From contig JAVBWI010000019.1 in assembly GCA_036677445.1 (NCBI GenBank), positions 1,535 through 65,534 of the forward strand: DNA of 64,000 nucleotides. Direction: 5' to 3'. The notes beneath the pieces are model-generated. The model had not been told where the DNA came from, searched no databases, and saw only the letters and a list, made by a program, of their open reading frames with translations. Shown one piece after another: positions 1 through 10,330 of this stretch (position 1 is the first letter of the stretch; each line of letters starts with the position of its first letter). This stretch comes from Clostridia bacterium. GTDB taxonomy: Bacteria > Bacillota > Clostridia > Christensenellales > CAG-138. The translations under genes were made by a program, and so were the position numbers.

Positions 1-706
1 GAAGGTCGGCACCGGCGCGTTCGTGGAAACGCAGGAGGAAGCGCGCAAGCTTGCTTCCACCATGGTGGAGATTGGCAAGCATCTGGGCCGCCGCGTGGTG
101 GCGATTATTACCGATATGAACCAGCCGCTGGGCCTTGCGGTAGGCAATGCCCTGGAGGTGCGCGAGGCGATAGAGCTTTTGAGCGGCAAAATCCCTGCGG
201 GCGACCCGCTTTACGAAGTCTGCATGCTGCTGGGTAGCCATATGCTGTGTTTGTGCGGGGAAGCGGAAGGGGAGAAGGATGCGAAGGGCAAGCTTGCGCA
301 TTCCCTCGAATCCGGTGCAGCGCTGCAAAAGCTCAGGGACATGGTGCAGGCGCAGGGCGGCGATCCCAAATACATCGACATCGTAAAGATCAACGAGCTG
401 TGCGCCGTCAAAAGCAAGATACCCGTATACTTACAGAGCGGTCAGGTACAGCGGATGGATGCCGCAAAGATCGGCCTTGCGGCGCAGTTGTTGGGTGCGG
501 GCAGGGCGAAAAAAGAGGATCGCATCGACCCCGCGGTGGGCTTGGTAATGCATAAGCGGCTGGGGGATACCGTTAACGCGCAGGAGCCGGTGTGTACGCT
601 CTATGTAAATGACGATGCGCAGGTAGAAGCCGCCATTGCATTGCTGCGCGAGGGGATCGTGGTGGAAAACCGCGCGCCGCGTATGGTGTATGATGTATTG
701 GATTAA
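1..706 (+). CDS. pdp: Pyrimidine-nucleoside (thymidine) phosphorylase, C-terminal part; 5' end lies outside the window
   Basis: The reading frame is open from base 2 (KVGTGAFVETQEEARKLA...). It has family-typical stretches (ITDMNQPLG..VGNALEV.EAIE.L.G) and a C-terminal PYNP domain. The GVG start listed in the ORF track at 23 is internal. Confidence 0.85.
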   Translation, partial: KVGTGAFVETQEEARKLASTMVEIGKHLGRRVVAIITDMNQPLGLAVGNALEVREAIELLSGKIPAGDPLYEVCMLLGSHMLCLCGEAEGEKDAKGKLAHSLESGAALQKLRDMVQAQGGDPKYIDIVKINELCAVKSKIPVYLQSGQVQRMDAAKIGLAAQLLGAGRAKKEDRIDPAVGLVMHKRLGDTVNAQEPVCTLYVNDDAQVEAAIALLREGIVVENRAPRMVYDVLD

Positions 707-765
707 AGGGCGGGTGTGTCAGAAGCGTTCCGGTGGCAATACTTACCCCAAGGAGCGTGAATGAC

Positions 766-1941
766 ATGGTGATTGGTTTGTTCTGTGATACATTTCCGCC
801 CGAGCTGGACGGGGTAGGCATGGTGGTGAAAAGCTATGCCCGCGAGCTTCATGCCATGGGCGACGAATGCTATGTGGTCTCCCCCAAGGCGCCAGGCTAT
901 GATAACATCGAGTACCCATATCATGTGCTGCAGTACAGGGGTGTAGCGGTGCCTATGGCGCCGCAGTACCGCGCGGGCGTGCCTGCATGGGATCTTTCCT
1001 ATCTGCTGCAGTCGCGCAACGTAAAGATGGACCTGCTCCACGCGCACAGCCCGTTTGGCGCAGGAATCGAAGCGCTGCGGTTAAAGCGGATACACGATAT
1101 CCCGCTGATCGGGACGTTCCACTCGAAATACTATGATGACTTTTATATGGCCACGCACAGCGAGGCCATGTCGCAGGCGGCCGTCAAGCTGATACTGAGC
1201 TTTTATAACGCGTGCGACGAAGTGTGGACGGTCAACGACTCTACCGCGCAGGTGCTGCGCGAATACGGCTTTACGGGCGACATCACCGTAATGCCCAACG
1301 GCACCGACCCGTGGTATCCCACACAGGCCGATAAAAAACGTGTGGAGGAGCAGTACAATTTAGGCGACGGACCTGTGCTGCTGTTCGTGGGGCAGCAGCA
1401 TTGGAAAAAGAATATCCGGCATATTGTGGAAGCGTTATCGCTCTACCGGAATATACAGCCCGGGTTTCGTATGGTAATGGTGGGGCAGGGTTCCCACGAG
1501 GAAGAGATAAAAGAGCTGGTAAAGTGTCTGGATCTGGAGCAAAACTTCGTATTCACGGGGCAGTTGATGCAGCGCGAGCAGATCATGGGCCTTTATGCGC
1601 GGGCGAGCCTGTTCCTGTTCCCGTCGCTCTACGATACGGCGGGCTTGGTGGTACGTGAAGCGGCGGCCTCCGGCACGCCCTCGCTGTTAGTGGAAGGCTC
1701 CTGTGCGGCGGAGTGCGTGTGCGACGGCGAGAACGGCTTTTTATGCCGCGATGACCCGAAGAGTATCTGCGATGCGCTTACCCGCATTCTATCCGACGAA
1801 GTATTGCTGCGGCGCGTGGGTGAGGCGGCGCGGCAGACCATCCCCATCCCGTGGAAGGATGTCATGAAGCAGGTGCGCGCACGGTATCTGGAGGGGAAGG
1901 ATGCGTATGACATGCGCGGCATTTGCTTGAACGAAAAATGA
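766..1941 (+). CDS. Glycosyltransferase, GT4 (GT-B fold) family
   Basis: N-terminal FPPELDGVG and a C-terminal E..G...LEA-like region (GLVVREAAASGTPSL) are typical of GT4 enzymes. The ATG at 766 has an AAGGAG RBS about 10 nt upstream. The track start at 733 is less likely. Confidence 0.8.
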   Translation: MVIGLFCDTFPPELDGVGMVVKSYARELHAMGDECYVVSPKAPGYDNIEYPYHVLQYRGVAVPMAPQYRAGVPAWDLSYLLQSRNVKMDLLHAHSPFGAGIEALRLKRIHDIPLIGTFHSKYYDDFYMATHSEAMSQAAVKLILSFYNACDEVWTVNDSTAQVLREYGFTGDITVMPNGTDPWYPTQADKKRVEEQYNLGDGPVLLFVGQQHWKKNIRHIVEALSLYRNIQPGFRMVMVGQGSHEEEIKELVKCLDLEQNFVFTGQLMQREQIMGLYARASLFLFPSLYDTAGLVVREAAASGTPSLLVEGSCAAECVCDGENGFLCRDDPKSICDALTRILSDEVLLRRVGEAARQTIPIPWKDVMKQVRARYLEGKDAYDMRGICLNEK

Positions 1942-1956
1942 ACCGGGGGTAACAAA

Positions 1957-4542
1957 ATGGAAGCACACAGCGGCAAGCGGCTGATTGCCATTGACGGCAA
2001 CAGCCTGATGCACCGCGCATATTACGCGCTGCCCGCAATGACCAGCCGGGAGGGCACGCCCACCGGCGCAATACATGGCTTCTTGAGCATGCTGCTCAAG
2101 CTGACGGAGATGAAACCGGATTATCTTGTTGTGGCGTTCGACCTGCACGGGCCGACATTCCGTCACGAGCAGTTTGAGGAATATAAGGCAGGACGCCGTG
2201 AAACGCCGGAGGATCTTCGCCCGCAGTTTCCGCTGCTGCGGCAGATACTGGAGCAAATGGGCATTGCGGTATGTACCTGCGAGACGTTTGAAGCCGACGA
2301 TATACTGGGCACGTTCGCCCGTATGGCGGAAGAGCGGGATACAGACGCCCTCTTGGTCACCGGCGACAGGGACGCGTTGCAGCTGATCTCCGATTATACG
2401 CATGTGCTGCTTACCAAAAAGGGTATATCGGATACCATGGAAATGGACCGCGAAGTGCTCAGGGCGACCTATGGCCTTACGCCGGACCTAATGCGCGATC
2501 TCAAGGGCCTGATGGGCGACGGGTCGGATAATATCCCCGGGATTCCCGGCGTAGGGGAAAAAACGGCGCTCAAGCTGTTGGAAGGGTATGGCAGCATGGA
2601 AGCGGTGCTCGCCCACGCGAATGAAATCAAGGGCAAGCTGGGGGAGCGGATTGCCGCGAATGCGGATCTGGCGCGCATGAGCTTTCGGCTTGGCGTCATC
2701 CGCACGGACGCGCCCATTACGCTTTCCCTGGAAGACAGCGCGTTCAGGCCTGAACGAATGGGCGGCGCGCTGCCGCTGCTGCGGCAATTGCAGCTCAATT
2801 CACTTGCCAACCGCCTGCCTGCGGGGGAGGAAGCGGCCGTATTCGAGCAGCCCGTGCAAAGCAAGAAGACCACGACGGATATTTTGGATATCCCCGCGCT
2901 GCTTAACGCGGTGGAGGCGTTGCGCAATGCTGAGATCCTCGCGCTGTGTACGGAGGAGGATACGCTTTATATCGCAGCTGAAAAGGGCGCGGAGTATCGC
3001 CTGCGGCTTTCGGGCACATTGCTGGAACCGGGCCTGGATCCTGCCGAAGTATGGCGGACGGTGCAGCCGCTTCTTATAGAGGAGAAGCCAAAGAAAATCC
3101 TGTTCGACGCAAAAAAGTGGATGCACCTGCTTGCCCGCGAAGGGATCACTCTCCAAGGGCTGCATTTTGATGCGATGATCGTGGATTATCTGTTGAACGC
3201 CATACGCCCTACGCCTTCGCTCACGGCTTTGGCGCAGGAACGCCTGGGCGTCGATAAACCCGGCGCATGCGCGCTGCTGCATTTGTATGAACCCATGATG
3301 AAGCAGCTTCACGATTTTGGCTTGCAGGAACTGTATGAAACTGTGGAGCTTCCGCTTATCAGCGTACTTTTCCGCATGGAGCGGCACGGCTTCCGCGTGG
3401 ATGCGGGCGTGCTGCAGGAGTTGGATGCGCAGTTCAAAGCGCGTATAGGCGAACTGGCCGCGGCAATTTACGAGCAGGCGGGGGAGAGCTTCAATATACT
3501 CTCCACCAGGCAGTTGGGCGCTGTGCTGTTCGATAAGCTGGGTCTGCCTTCCCAGCGCAAAACAAAGACCGGCTATTCCACCGATTCGGACGTGCTGGAT
3601 ACCTTGGTGGAATTGCACCCCATCGTGGCGCTGATTCAGGAATACCGGTTTTTGACCAAGCTCAAGAGCACGTTCATCGACGGGCTGCTTGCCGTCATTT
3701 CGCCTGCGGACGGGCGCGTGCACACGAGCTTCAACCAGAACGTCGCGGCCACGGGGCGCATTTCCAGCACCGAGCCCAATTTGCAGAATATTCCCGTGCG
3801 TACGGCGCTGGGGCGCGAGATACGCAAGGCATTTGTGGCAAGCCCCGGCAACGTGCTTCTGGGTGCGGATTACTCGCAGATCGAGCTGCGGCTGCTGGCC
3901 CATATCAGCGGGGATGAGGCAATGACCATGAACTTCCGGCAGGGCGGCGATATTCATACCCGCACGGCGGGCGAGGTGTTCGGCGTTCCGCCCGAAGAGG
4001 TCACGTCCGAGCAGCGCAGCGCCGCCAAAGCGGTCAATTTCGGTATCGTATACGGTATTTCCGATTTTGGCCTTGCGCGCAACCTTGGCATCGGCCGAAA
4101 ACGGGCGGGCGAATTTATTGAGCGGTATTTGAACCGTTATCCCGGCGTGCGCGCATACATGCAGCAGAGCGTGGAAAACGGCAAGCGCGACGGGTATGTG
4201 AAGACCCTTTTGGGGCGCAGGCGCGATCTCCCGGAATTGAAGAGCAGCAACTACAATACCCGCTCCTTTGGTGAGCGCGTCGCCATGAACATGCCGATAC
4301 AGGGCACCGCCGCGGATATCATCAAGCTTGCCATGGTACGCGTGGATAGGGCCCTGCGCGAGCGGGGGCTATCCGCCAGGCTCGTGCTGCAGATTCACGA
4401 CGAATTGATCGTCGATACGCCGCCGCAGGAGGAAGAAGCCGTCACCGCGCTTGTGTGCGACTGTATGCAGAACGCCATGCGGCTTCATGTTCCGCTGGAG
4501 GCCGAGGTTAAAAGCGGGCATAGCTGGTACGATACCAAATGA
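1957..4542 (+). CDS. polA: DNA polymerase I
   Basis: 861 aa. It has a 5'-3' exonuclease N-terminus (LLVTGDRDALQL, GIPGVGEKTA) and pol motifs A (DYSQIELR), B (RSAAKAVNFGIVYG) and C (QIHDEL). Confidence 0.97.
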   Translation: MEAHSGKRLIAIDGNSLMHRAYYALPAMTSREGTPTGAIHGFLSMLLKLTEMKPDYLVVAFDLHGPTFRHEQFEEYKAGRRETPEDLRPQFPLLRQILEQMGIAVCTCETFEADDILGTFARMAEERDTDALLVTGDRDALQLISDYTHVLLTKKGISDTMEMDREVLRATYGLTPDLMRDLKGLMGDGSDNIPGIPGVGEKTALKLLEGYGSMEAVLAHANEIKGKLGERIAANADLARMSFRLGVIRTDAPITLSLEDSAFRPERMGGALPLLRQLQLNSLANRLPAGEEAAVFEQPVQSKKTTTDILDIPALLNAVEALRNAEILALCTEEDTLYIAAEKGAEYRLRLSGTLLEPGLDPAEVWRTVQPLLIEEKPKKILFDAKKWMHLLAREGITLQGLHFDAMIVDYLLNAIRPTPSLTALAQERLGVDKPGACALLHLYEPMMKQLHDFGLQELYETVELPLISVLFRMERHGFRVDAGVLQELDAQFKARIGELAAAIYEQAGESFNILSTRQLGAVLFDKLGLPSQRKTKTGYSTDSDVLDTLVELHPIVALIQEYRFLTKLKSTFIDGLLAVISPADGRVHTSFNQNVAATGRISSTEPNLQNIPVRTALGREIRKAFVASPGNVLLGADYSQIELRLLAHISGDEAMTMNFRQGGDIHTRTAGEVFGVPPEEVTSEQRSAAKAVNFGIVYGISDFGLARNLGIGRKRAGEFIERYLNRYPGVRAYMQQSVENGKRDGYVKTLLGRRRDLPELKSSNYNTRSFGERVAMNMPIQGTAADIIKLAMVRVDRALRERGLSARLVLQIHDELIVDTPPQEEEAVTALVCDCMQNAMRLHVPLEAEVKSGHSWYDTK

Positions 4543-5159
4543 GCGCAGGGTGTAAAAAACGCATAGGCCTTACCGGCGGCATCGGCGCGGGCAAATCCAC
4601 CGTTTCAGCACGGCTGCGGCGTTTGGGCGCTACGGTGCTGGATGCGGATATTGCGGCCCGGCAGGCCGTGGAACCGGGCACGCCGGGCCTTGCCATACTG
4701 ATACAGCGTTATGGTGCGGGCATATTGCAGCAAAACGGCGAGCTGGACCGGCGCGCGCTGGCGCAAATCATATTCGGCGAGGAGGCGGAGCGGCTTGCCG
4801 TCAACGCGCTGCTGCACCCGATGGTGCGCGAACGCATGCTCGAACAGGAAAGACTGTATCGTACTGCGCAGCCTTGTGCGCCGGTATTCTGGGATGTCCC
4901 GCTGTTGATCGAAAGCGGCATGCACAAGGATATGGATGAAGTCTGGCTGGTGGTGGCGGACGAGGCGGCGCGCATATCGCGCATTATGCTGCGCGACGGC
5001 AGCACACAGGCCGAAGCAAGCGCTCGCATCAACAGCCAGATGCCGCAGCAGCAAAAGCTTGCCTTTGCGCACCGGGTGCTCGATAATTCAGGCGATCAGG
5101 TTGCGCTCTATAAACGGGTGGACGCCCTATATGCGGCAGTGAAAGGTACGCAGGAATGA
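4539..5159 (+). CDS. coaE: Dephospho-CoA kinase
   Basis: P-loop IGLTGGIGAGKST at the N-terminus and a ~200-aa length. ATGA overlap with the polA stop. polA-coaE is a conserved gene order. Confidence 0.9.
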   Translation: MSAGCKKRIGLTGGIGAGKSTVSARLRRLGATVLDADIAARQAVEPGTPGLAILIQRYGAGILQQNGELDRRALAQIIFGEEAERLAVNALLHPMVRERMLEQERLYRTAQPCAPVFWDVPLLIESGMHKDMDEVWLVVADEAARISRIMLRDGSTQAEASARINSQMPQQQKLAFAHRVLDNSGDQVALYKRVDALYAAVKGTQE

Positions 5160-5770
5160 ACAGGATGGAAAACGAGGGAAAGTTGGAAAGAACCAAGCAA
5201 AAACGAAAACGCAAGGGCAGGGGCGTATTCGCGGCCTTCCTATTGCTGTTGCTGGCGCTTATTATGGTATTGCTGCTTGGGCGTGAGCTGGAAAAGCGCA
5301 CCTATAAGCTGAACTATCCCGAAACCATAGCGGCGTACGCGGAAGAATACGCGTTGGATCCATATCTCATAGCCGCCGTTATACACTGCGAAAGCAGCAA
5401 CCGGCCGGAGGTTGTAAGCCCGGTGGGCGCCATGGGGCTGATGCAGATCATGCCGGATACGGGCGAATGGATAGCGGGTAAGCTGGATGTGGCGGATTTC
5501 AGTACCGATATGCTGCTGGATCCTGCGCAGAACATCCGTTTTGGCTGCTGGTATCTCCGGTTTCTGATGAACCGTTACGATCAGGACCGCCAATTGACGC
5601 TTGCGGCCTATAACGCCGGCCACGGGAATGTGGACAAGTGGATCGACGACCCCGCCATCTCCAAGGAAGGGCAGCTCGTGGACATTCCCTACGCGGAAAC
5701 AAAGAACTATGTGGAAAAGGTGCAACGTGCATATGAAAAATATCAATCGCTTTATAAAAACGCATTTTAG
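5156..5770 (+). CDS. Lytic transglycosylase (SLT domain) with N-terminal membrane anchor
   Basis: SLT catalytic motifs (IHCESSN..., GLMQIMPDTG, AAYNAG) follow a basic segment plus hydrophobic helix. ATGA overlap with coaE. Confidence 0.85.
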   Translation: MNRMENEGKLERTKQKRKRKGRGVFAAFLLLLLALIMVLLLGRELEKRTYKLNYPETIAAYAEEYALDPYLIAAVIHCESSNRPEVVSPVGAMGLMQIMPDTGEWIAGKLDVADFSTDMLLDPAQNIRFGCWYLRFLMNRYDQDRQLTLAAYNAGHGNVDKWIDDPAISKEGQLVDIPYAETKNYVEKVQRAYEKYQSLYKNAF

Positions 5771-7385
5771 AATACCGGCGCTGCTGCTGTGCTTCTTTAT
5801 GGCAGGGTGCAGCGCCACTGCCGCGCCGGAGGCTACCGTTACGCCCATCGCGATTCCAACCGCCTCGCCCGCGCCGCAGCCCGTAGCAGGCGGCGAGCTT
5901 ATTTTACCCATTCCCCGCAACCCTTTCAAAAGCGAAAACAGTACGGGGGCCAATCCGCTCTCGATCAATACGGAAGAGATGCGCAACATGTACTCTTTGG
6001 TGTATGAACCGCTGCTGCGCTGCGACGCTTCCAACCGCATTGTGCCCAGCCTTGCGGAAAAATGGAGCAGCGACGATACCGGGCGGGTCTGGACGATACG
6101 GCTTCGCAACAATGTCATGTGGCATGAGGGCGAAAGCATGCTCAACGCCGACGATGTGCTTTATACCATCGCGCAGATCAAAAGCCTGGGTGAAGAATCC
6201 TACTACTCGCTTGCGGCGAATGCGATAGAAACCTGCGAAAAGGTGGACGAGAGCACACTGCGCATCACCATGTACAAGGCGGGCACGGCTTCGCTTTATT
6301 CGTTGGTATTTCCGGTCATCTGTGCACAGTCCACGCCCGGCAGCCTCAACGGCACAGGTCCTTATAAGGTCGCAAGCTCGACCGAAACGGCGGTCGAGCT
6401 TACCGTCAATGGTCACTGGTGGAAGCAGGCGCCGTATATCACAACCATCCGCTGCCTTGCACGCGACAGCAATGACGTTGCGCTGGATTCGTATGAAGCG
6501 GGTCAGCTCAATATGGTGCCGACCGCCACGGTCTCGGCCGGCAAATACCGTGAGGAAGGCGTTACCAATGTGCTCGACGTGATGACGCAGGACGCGGAGG
6601 TGCTGCTGGTCAACCACAACAACTCGATACTGCGGGACTTGGAGGTCCGGCAGGCGATCGCCTATGCCATTGAGCGCAGCGCGATCGTATCCAACGTATA
6701 TATGAACCGCGCGACGATCTGCGACGTTCCCGTGCCGCCGGATTCTTTTCTTTACGACGCCACCACAAAGATATACGATTACGACACCGCCCATGCCGCT
6801 TCGCTGCTTGCTTCCGCCGGGTGGACGGATGAAGACGGCGACGGTATCCTGCAGCAGGGCTCGCGCGCGCTGCACCTGCGCCTTTTGGTAAACGACAGCA
6901 CGGAGAGCACGTACCGCAAGAACGCCGCCGCGCTGATCGCATCGCAGCTGCTCAAAGTGGGCATTGAGATCGAGATCGAGACAGCGAAGCTGAGCATCGG
7001 CGAGGCGGGCGGCGAGTTTGAGCAGCGGCTCCAATCCGGCGATTTCGACCTTGCCATGGCGGGATTCAATCTGGAACAGAGCGGCAATCTGCTGCCTTAC
7101 CTTTCTTCCAACGGCGCGCGCAATTATGGCGGCATATCCGGCGCCAAATGGGAGCCCCTGATTGCCGCGGCCGCTTCCGCGATCGAGGAAAACAGTATAC
7201 GGGAGGCGCACGCGGCGCTCCAGCAGGCATTTGTGCAGGAACTGCCTTTTATTATGCTGTATTTCCGCATGAGCAGCGTTGTTTACAGCGCCGATATCCG
7301 GGACGTAACGGAGATTCGCGCCACGGACGTGCTGCGTACGGTGAACCGGTGGTATTTCGGTACTTCGGAAACTGCCGCAGGCTGA
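5733..7385 (+). CDS. ABC transporter substrate-binding lipoprotein, family 5 (peptide/nickel type)
   Basis: The in-frame ATG at 5733 gives MKNINRFIKTHFRIPALLLCFFMAGC, a lipobox signal peptide. The body resembles SBP_bac_5 proteins. The track start at 5601 would overlap the SLT gene by 170 nt. Confidence 0.8.
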   Translation: MKNINRFIKTHFRIPALLLCFFMAGCSATAAPEATVTPIAIPTASPAPQPVAGGELILPIPRNPFKSENSTGANPLSINTEEMRNMYSLVYEPLLRCDASNRIVPSLAEKWSSDDTGRVWTIRLRNNVMWHEGESMLNADDVLYTIAQIKSLGEESYYSLAANAIETCEKVDESTLRITMYKAGTASLYSLVFPVICAQSTPGSLNGTGPYKVASSTETAVELTVNGHWWKQAPYITTIRCLARDSNDVALDSYEAGQLNMVPTATVSAGKYREEGVTNVLDVMTQDAEVLLVNHNNSILRDLEVRQAIAYAIERSAIVSNVYMNRATICDVPVPPDSFLYDATTKIYDYDTAHAASLLASAGWTDEDGDGILQQGSRALHLRLLVNDSTESTYRKNAAALIASQLLKVGIEIEIETAKLSIGEAGGEFEQRLQSGDFDLAMAGFNLEQSGNLLPYLSSNGARNYGGISGAKWEPLIAAAASAIEENSIREAHAALQQAFVQELPFIMLYFRMSSVVYSADIRDVTEIRATDVLRTVNRWYFGTSETAAG

Positions 7386-7544
7386 TTTTGCCTTTGCTGC
7401 GGGTATGTGCTATACTGTGAAAGGTTTTGCTTTAGCCTTGCTGTGGGGGACTGCATAACAAATACAATGAAAAAGTGCGCGTGCGGTTTTTCGTCGGGAT
7501 AAAACGCCATGCGTCAATACCTCATTCTGGAGTCGGGGGTAACT

Positions 7545-8105
7545 ATGCTGGAAACCATCATCGTGCTGCTGCTGATAGGCTTGGATCAGCTGGCAAAATA
7601 TTTAACGGATCTCTATCTCATGCCTTTGGGCACCAGCATTCCGCTGTGGGAAGGCGTGTTCCATTTCACAAGCGCGCACAACACCGGCGCGGCATTCGGC
7701 ATGCTCGCAGGCGGCCGTTGGTTTTTTATAGCCGTTTCCCTGTTGGCCAGTGCGGCTATCGTACTGTTCCTTGTAAAATCAAGAAAGCGTCTGCATATCT
7801 TTATACGCGTTTGCTTTGCCCTGATACTCGCGGGGGCGTTGGGCAACCTGATTGACCGTGCGATATTGGGTTATGTGCGCGATATGCTGGAGTTCCGCCT
7901 GGCCCGCTTTGCCATATTTAATGTGGCGGACAGCGCCGTCTCGGTGGGCGCCGTGCTGCTGGGCCTGGATATTATTTTCGGCAAAGGCAAAGCCCTGCTC
8001 GACGAACTGGATAAAAAAACGAAAAAGCCGGTTGCCGCGCCTGAGGCGCAAACGCCGGAAAAGACGGAGCAGGACCCGCCGGAGGGAGCCCGTGGAGACG
8101 TTTGA
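7545..8105 (+). CDS. lspA: Lipoprotein signal peptidase (signal peptidase II) with charged C-terminal tail
   Basis: LspA motifs are present (DQLAKY, FHFTSAHNTGAAFG, GALGNLIDR, FNVADS). ATG 7545 follows GGAG...GGGGG. The ATG at 7509 is an alternative start. Confidence 0.85.
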   Translation: MLETIIVLLLIGLDQLAKYLTDLYLMPLGTSIPLWEGVFHFTSAHNTGAAFGMLAGGRWFFIAVSLLASAAIVLFLVKSRKRLHIFIRVCFALILAGALGNLIDRAILGYVRDMLEFRLARFAIFNVADSAVSVGAVLLGLDIIFGKGKALLDELDKKTKKPVAAPEAQTPEKTEQDPPEGARGDV

Positions 8106-9039
8106 CGAATGCGAAGAACTGCTCTTTGAAGCGGATAATGCAAATGAACGTTTGGACGTTTTTTTAGCGCGCGAAAGCGGGGAAAGCCGCGCGCGCATAC
8201 AGCATTTGATACAGGACGGCTGCGTGCTGGTGGATAGCCGGGCCCGCAAAGCCAATTACCGGCTGCAAAGCGGGGAAGTCGTATCCCTGCGCATCGGGAT
8301 GCCGGAAGCGCTCGATGTGCGGCCGGAGAACATTCCCATTTCCATACTCTATCAGGATGCGGACATCTGCGTGGTCAACAAAGCGCAGGGGATGGTGGTG
8401 CACCCCGCGCCGGGCAACCGGAGCGGTACGCTGGTCAACGCCCTGCTCTATGCGCTTTGTGACCTTTCCGGCATTGGCGGCGTGCTGCGCCCCGGGATCG
8501 TGCACCGTATCGACAAAATGACCTCCGGTCTCATCGTAGTTGCGAAGAACGATCTGGCGCATGCTTCGCTTGCGGCGCAAATCAAGGCGCATACTGCGAA
8601 AAGGACGTATCTTGCCATCGTGGAGGGAAATATTCGCGAGGATGCGGGCACCGTGGATGCGCCTATAGGGAGGCATCCGGTGGACCGCAAGCGCATGGCG
8701 GCGGTGCAGGACGGAAGGAAGGCGGTGACGCATTGGCGGGTACTTTCGCGTATGGGGCAGTTCACGCTCGTAGAGGCGTCGCTGGAGACCGGTCGCACCC
8801 ATCAGATCCGCGTGCACATGGCATATGAAAAGCACTCGGTTGCGGGGGATACGGTGTATGGCCCCGCAAAACCCAAGCTGGGGTTAAGCGGGCAGGCGCT
8901 CCATGCGTATAAGCTGCAACTGCGGCACCCCCGTACGGGGGAGGATATGGCGTTTTACGCGCCCCCGCCCGAATGGTTTACGGATGCACTCAAGCGGGCC
9001 GGATGGGACGGCATGCCGGACTTAAAAACAATCGAATGA
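8092..9039 (+). CDS. rluD: 23S rRNA pseudouridine synthase, RluA/RluD family
   Basis: S4 domain (RLDVFLA...SR..IQ.LI..G.V.V) and the catalytic HRIDKMTSGL motif. The GTG start at 8092 overlaps the lspA end. The upstream part of the track ORF (7852) is out-of-frame read-through of lspA. Confidence 0.88.
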   Translation: METFDECEELLFEADNANERLDVFLARESGESRARIQHLIQDGCVLVDSRARKANYRLQSGEVVSLRIGMPEALDVRPENIPISILYQDADICVVNKAQGMVVHPAPGNRSGTLVNALLYALCDLSGIGGVLRPGIVHRIDKMTSGLIVVAKNDLAHASLAAQIKAHTAKRTYLAIVEGNIREDAGTVDAPIGRHPVDRKRMAAVQDGRKAVTHWRVLSRMGQFTLVEASLETGRTHQIRVHMAYEKHSVAGDTVYGPAKPKLGLSGQALHAYKLQLRHPRTGEDMAFYAPPPEWFTDALKRAGWDGMPDLKTIE

Positions 9040-9506
9040 AAAAGGCAAGGAACATGAGAACTTATACAACGCTAAAAAAGGCTATTGTAGTGGCATTGCT
9101 GCTATTGACAGTGTTTATGCTTTGCGCCTGTACGGCGGCGGATGTCTGCGTGCGCGTAGAAGAAGAGGAGCTTACGGACGAGGCGAAGGCGGCGTTTTCG
9201 GCGCTCTCGGGTGAGCGCGGGGTCATGCTCTACAGCGACCCTGCACAGATGACGGGCAGCAAAGTGCGCATGTACGCCGTGCTCTACGGTTCTTCCGGGC
9301 AGGAGCTTTCGCTTTCACATTCCTTTTTCAACCTCGTATGGAAGATCACCGGGCAACCGCAGGAAGGGTATACCGTATGGCGTATAGAGTATAACCCCAG
9401 ATGGGTCCGCCGCGCATCCTTTCAACAAAACGGCGAAGAACAGGCGATGGACGGTTACGAGGAGCTAAAGTTCACCGTGGAGGAATCGCTGCGCGCGCAG
9501 GAATAG
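9036..9506 (+). CDS. Hypothetical lipoprotein
   Basis: MKKARNMRTYTTLKKAIVVALLLLTVFMLCAC gives a signal peptide with a lipobox. ATGA overlap with the rluD stop. No recognisable domain. Confidence 0.5.
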   Translation: MKKARNMRTYTTLKKAIVVALLLLTVFMLCACTAADVCVRVEEEELTDEAKAAFSALSGERGVMLYSDPAQMTGSKVRMYAVLYGSSGQELSLSHSFFNLVWKITGQPQEGYTVWRIEYNPRWVRRASFQQNGEEQAMDGYEELKFTVEESLRAQE

Positions 9507-9541
9507 CATACGTATTTTCGATAACCTTCGACAATCGTCTG

Positions 9542-9678
9542 TTTACACGATAAGCGGATTGTGTTATAGTATCTGAAGCGGACAGAACTTTAATTCGGTA
9601 CAGTGATGCCGGGAAGGTCTGATGTGTATGTGCTGTGCATATTCACGCGCCTTCCGGCAAGCGGAAGGCGCGTTTTTT
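9542..9678 (+). promoter_or_regulatory. pyr leader: sigma-A-like promoter, PyrR-binding-loop-like hairpin and intrinsic terminator (attenuator)
   Basis: TTTACA-17 nt-TATAGT lies at 9542-9570. The hairpin CGG-ta-CAGTGA-tg-CCG-GGAAGG (9595-9617) resembles the B. subtilis PyrR binding loop CAG-uc-CAGAGA-gg-CUG-AGAAGG. An 11-bp GC stem (9646-9656 / 9662-9672) plus T6 (9673-9678) sits just upstream of pyrR. GGAAGG (9612-9617) can pair with CCTTCC (9650-9655) as an antiterminator. Confidence 0.6.
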
Positions 9679-9706
9679 GTTAAAGAATGACGCTCGGCCA
9701 TGTTGA

Positions 9707-10258
<552 letters not shown>

Positions 10259-10330
10259 ATAAAACCGGTTTTCTGCGCGCAGGCGCATGGAAATATTGCA
10301 ATCCTATACAACATTTCAGGAGGGGTATCG

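Noticed and set aside
2800-3957. 385-aa minus-strand ORF inside polA
   Set aside because: It is an antisense shadow of a conserved gene. The same reasoning rejects 5904-7211(-), 10568-11692(-), 12615-13565(-), 16371-17390(-), 22250-23506(-), 29416-30564(-), 41374-42282(-), 42516-43511(-), 45711-46877(+) and the many shorter overlapping frames.
5601-5732. Upstream extension of the binding-protein ORF (track start 5601); also the 7852 start for rluD and the 12121 start for the ATPase
   Set aside because: The extensions overlap the preceding genes in another frame and encode Arg/Pro-rich junk. Internal starts give a signal peptide or canonical N-terminus, with an RBS or ATGA coupling.
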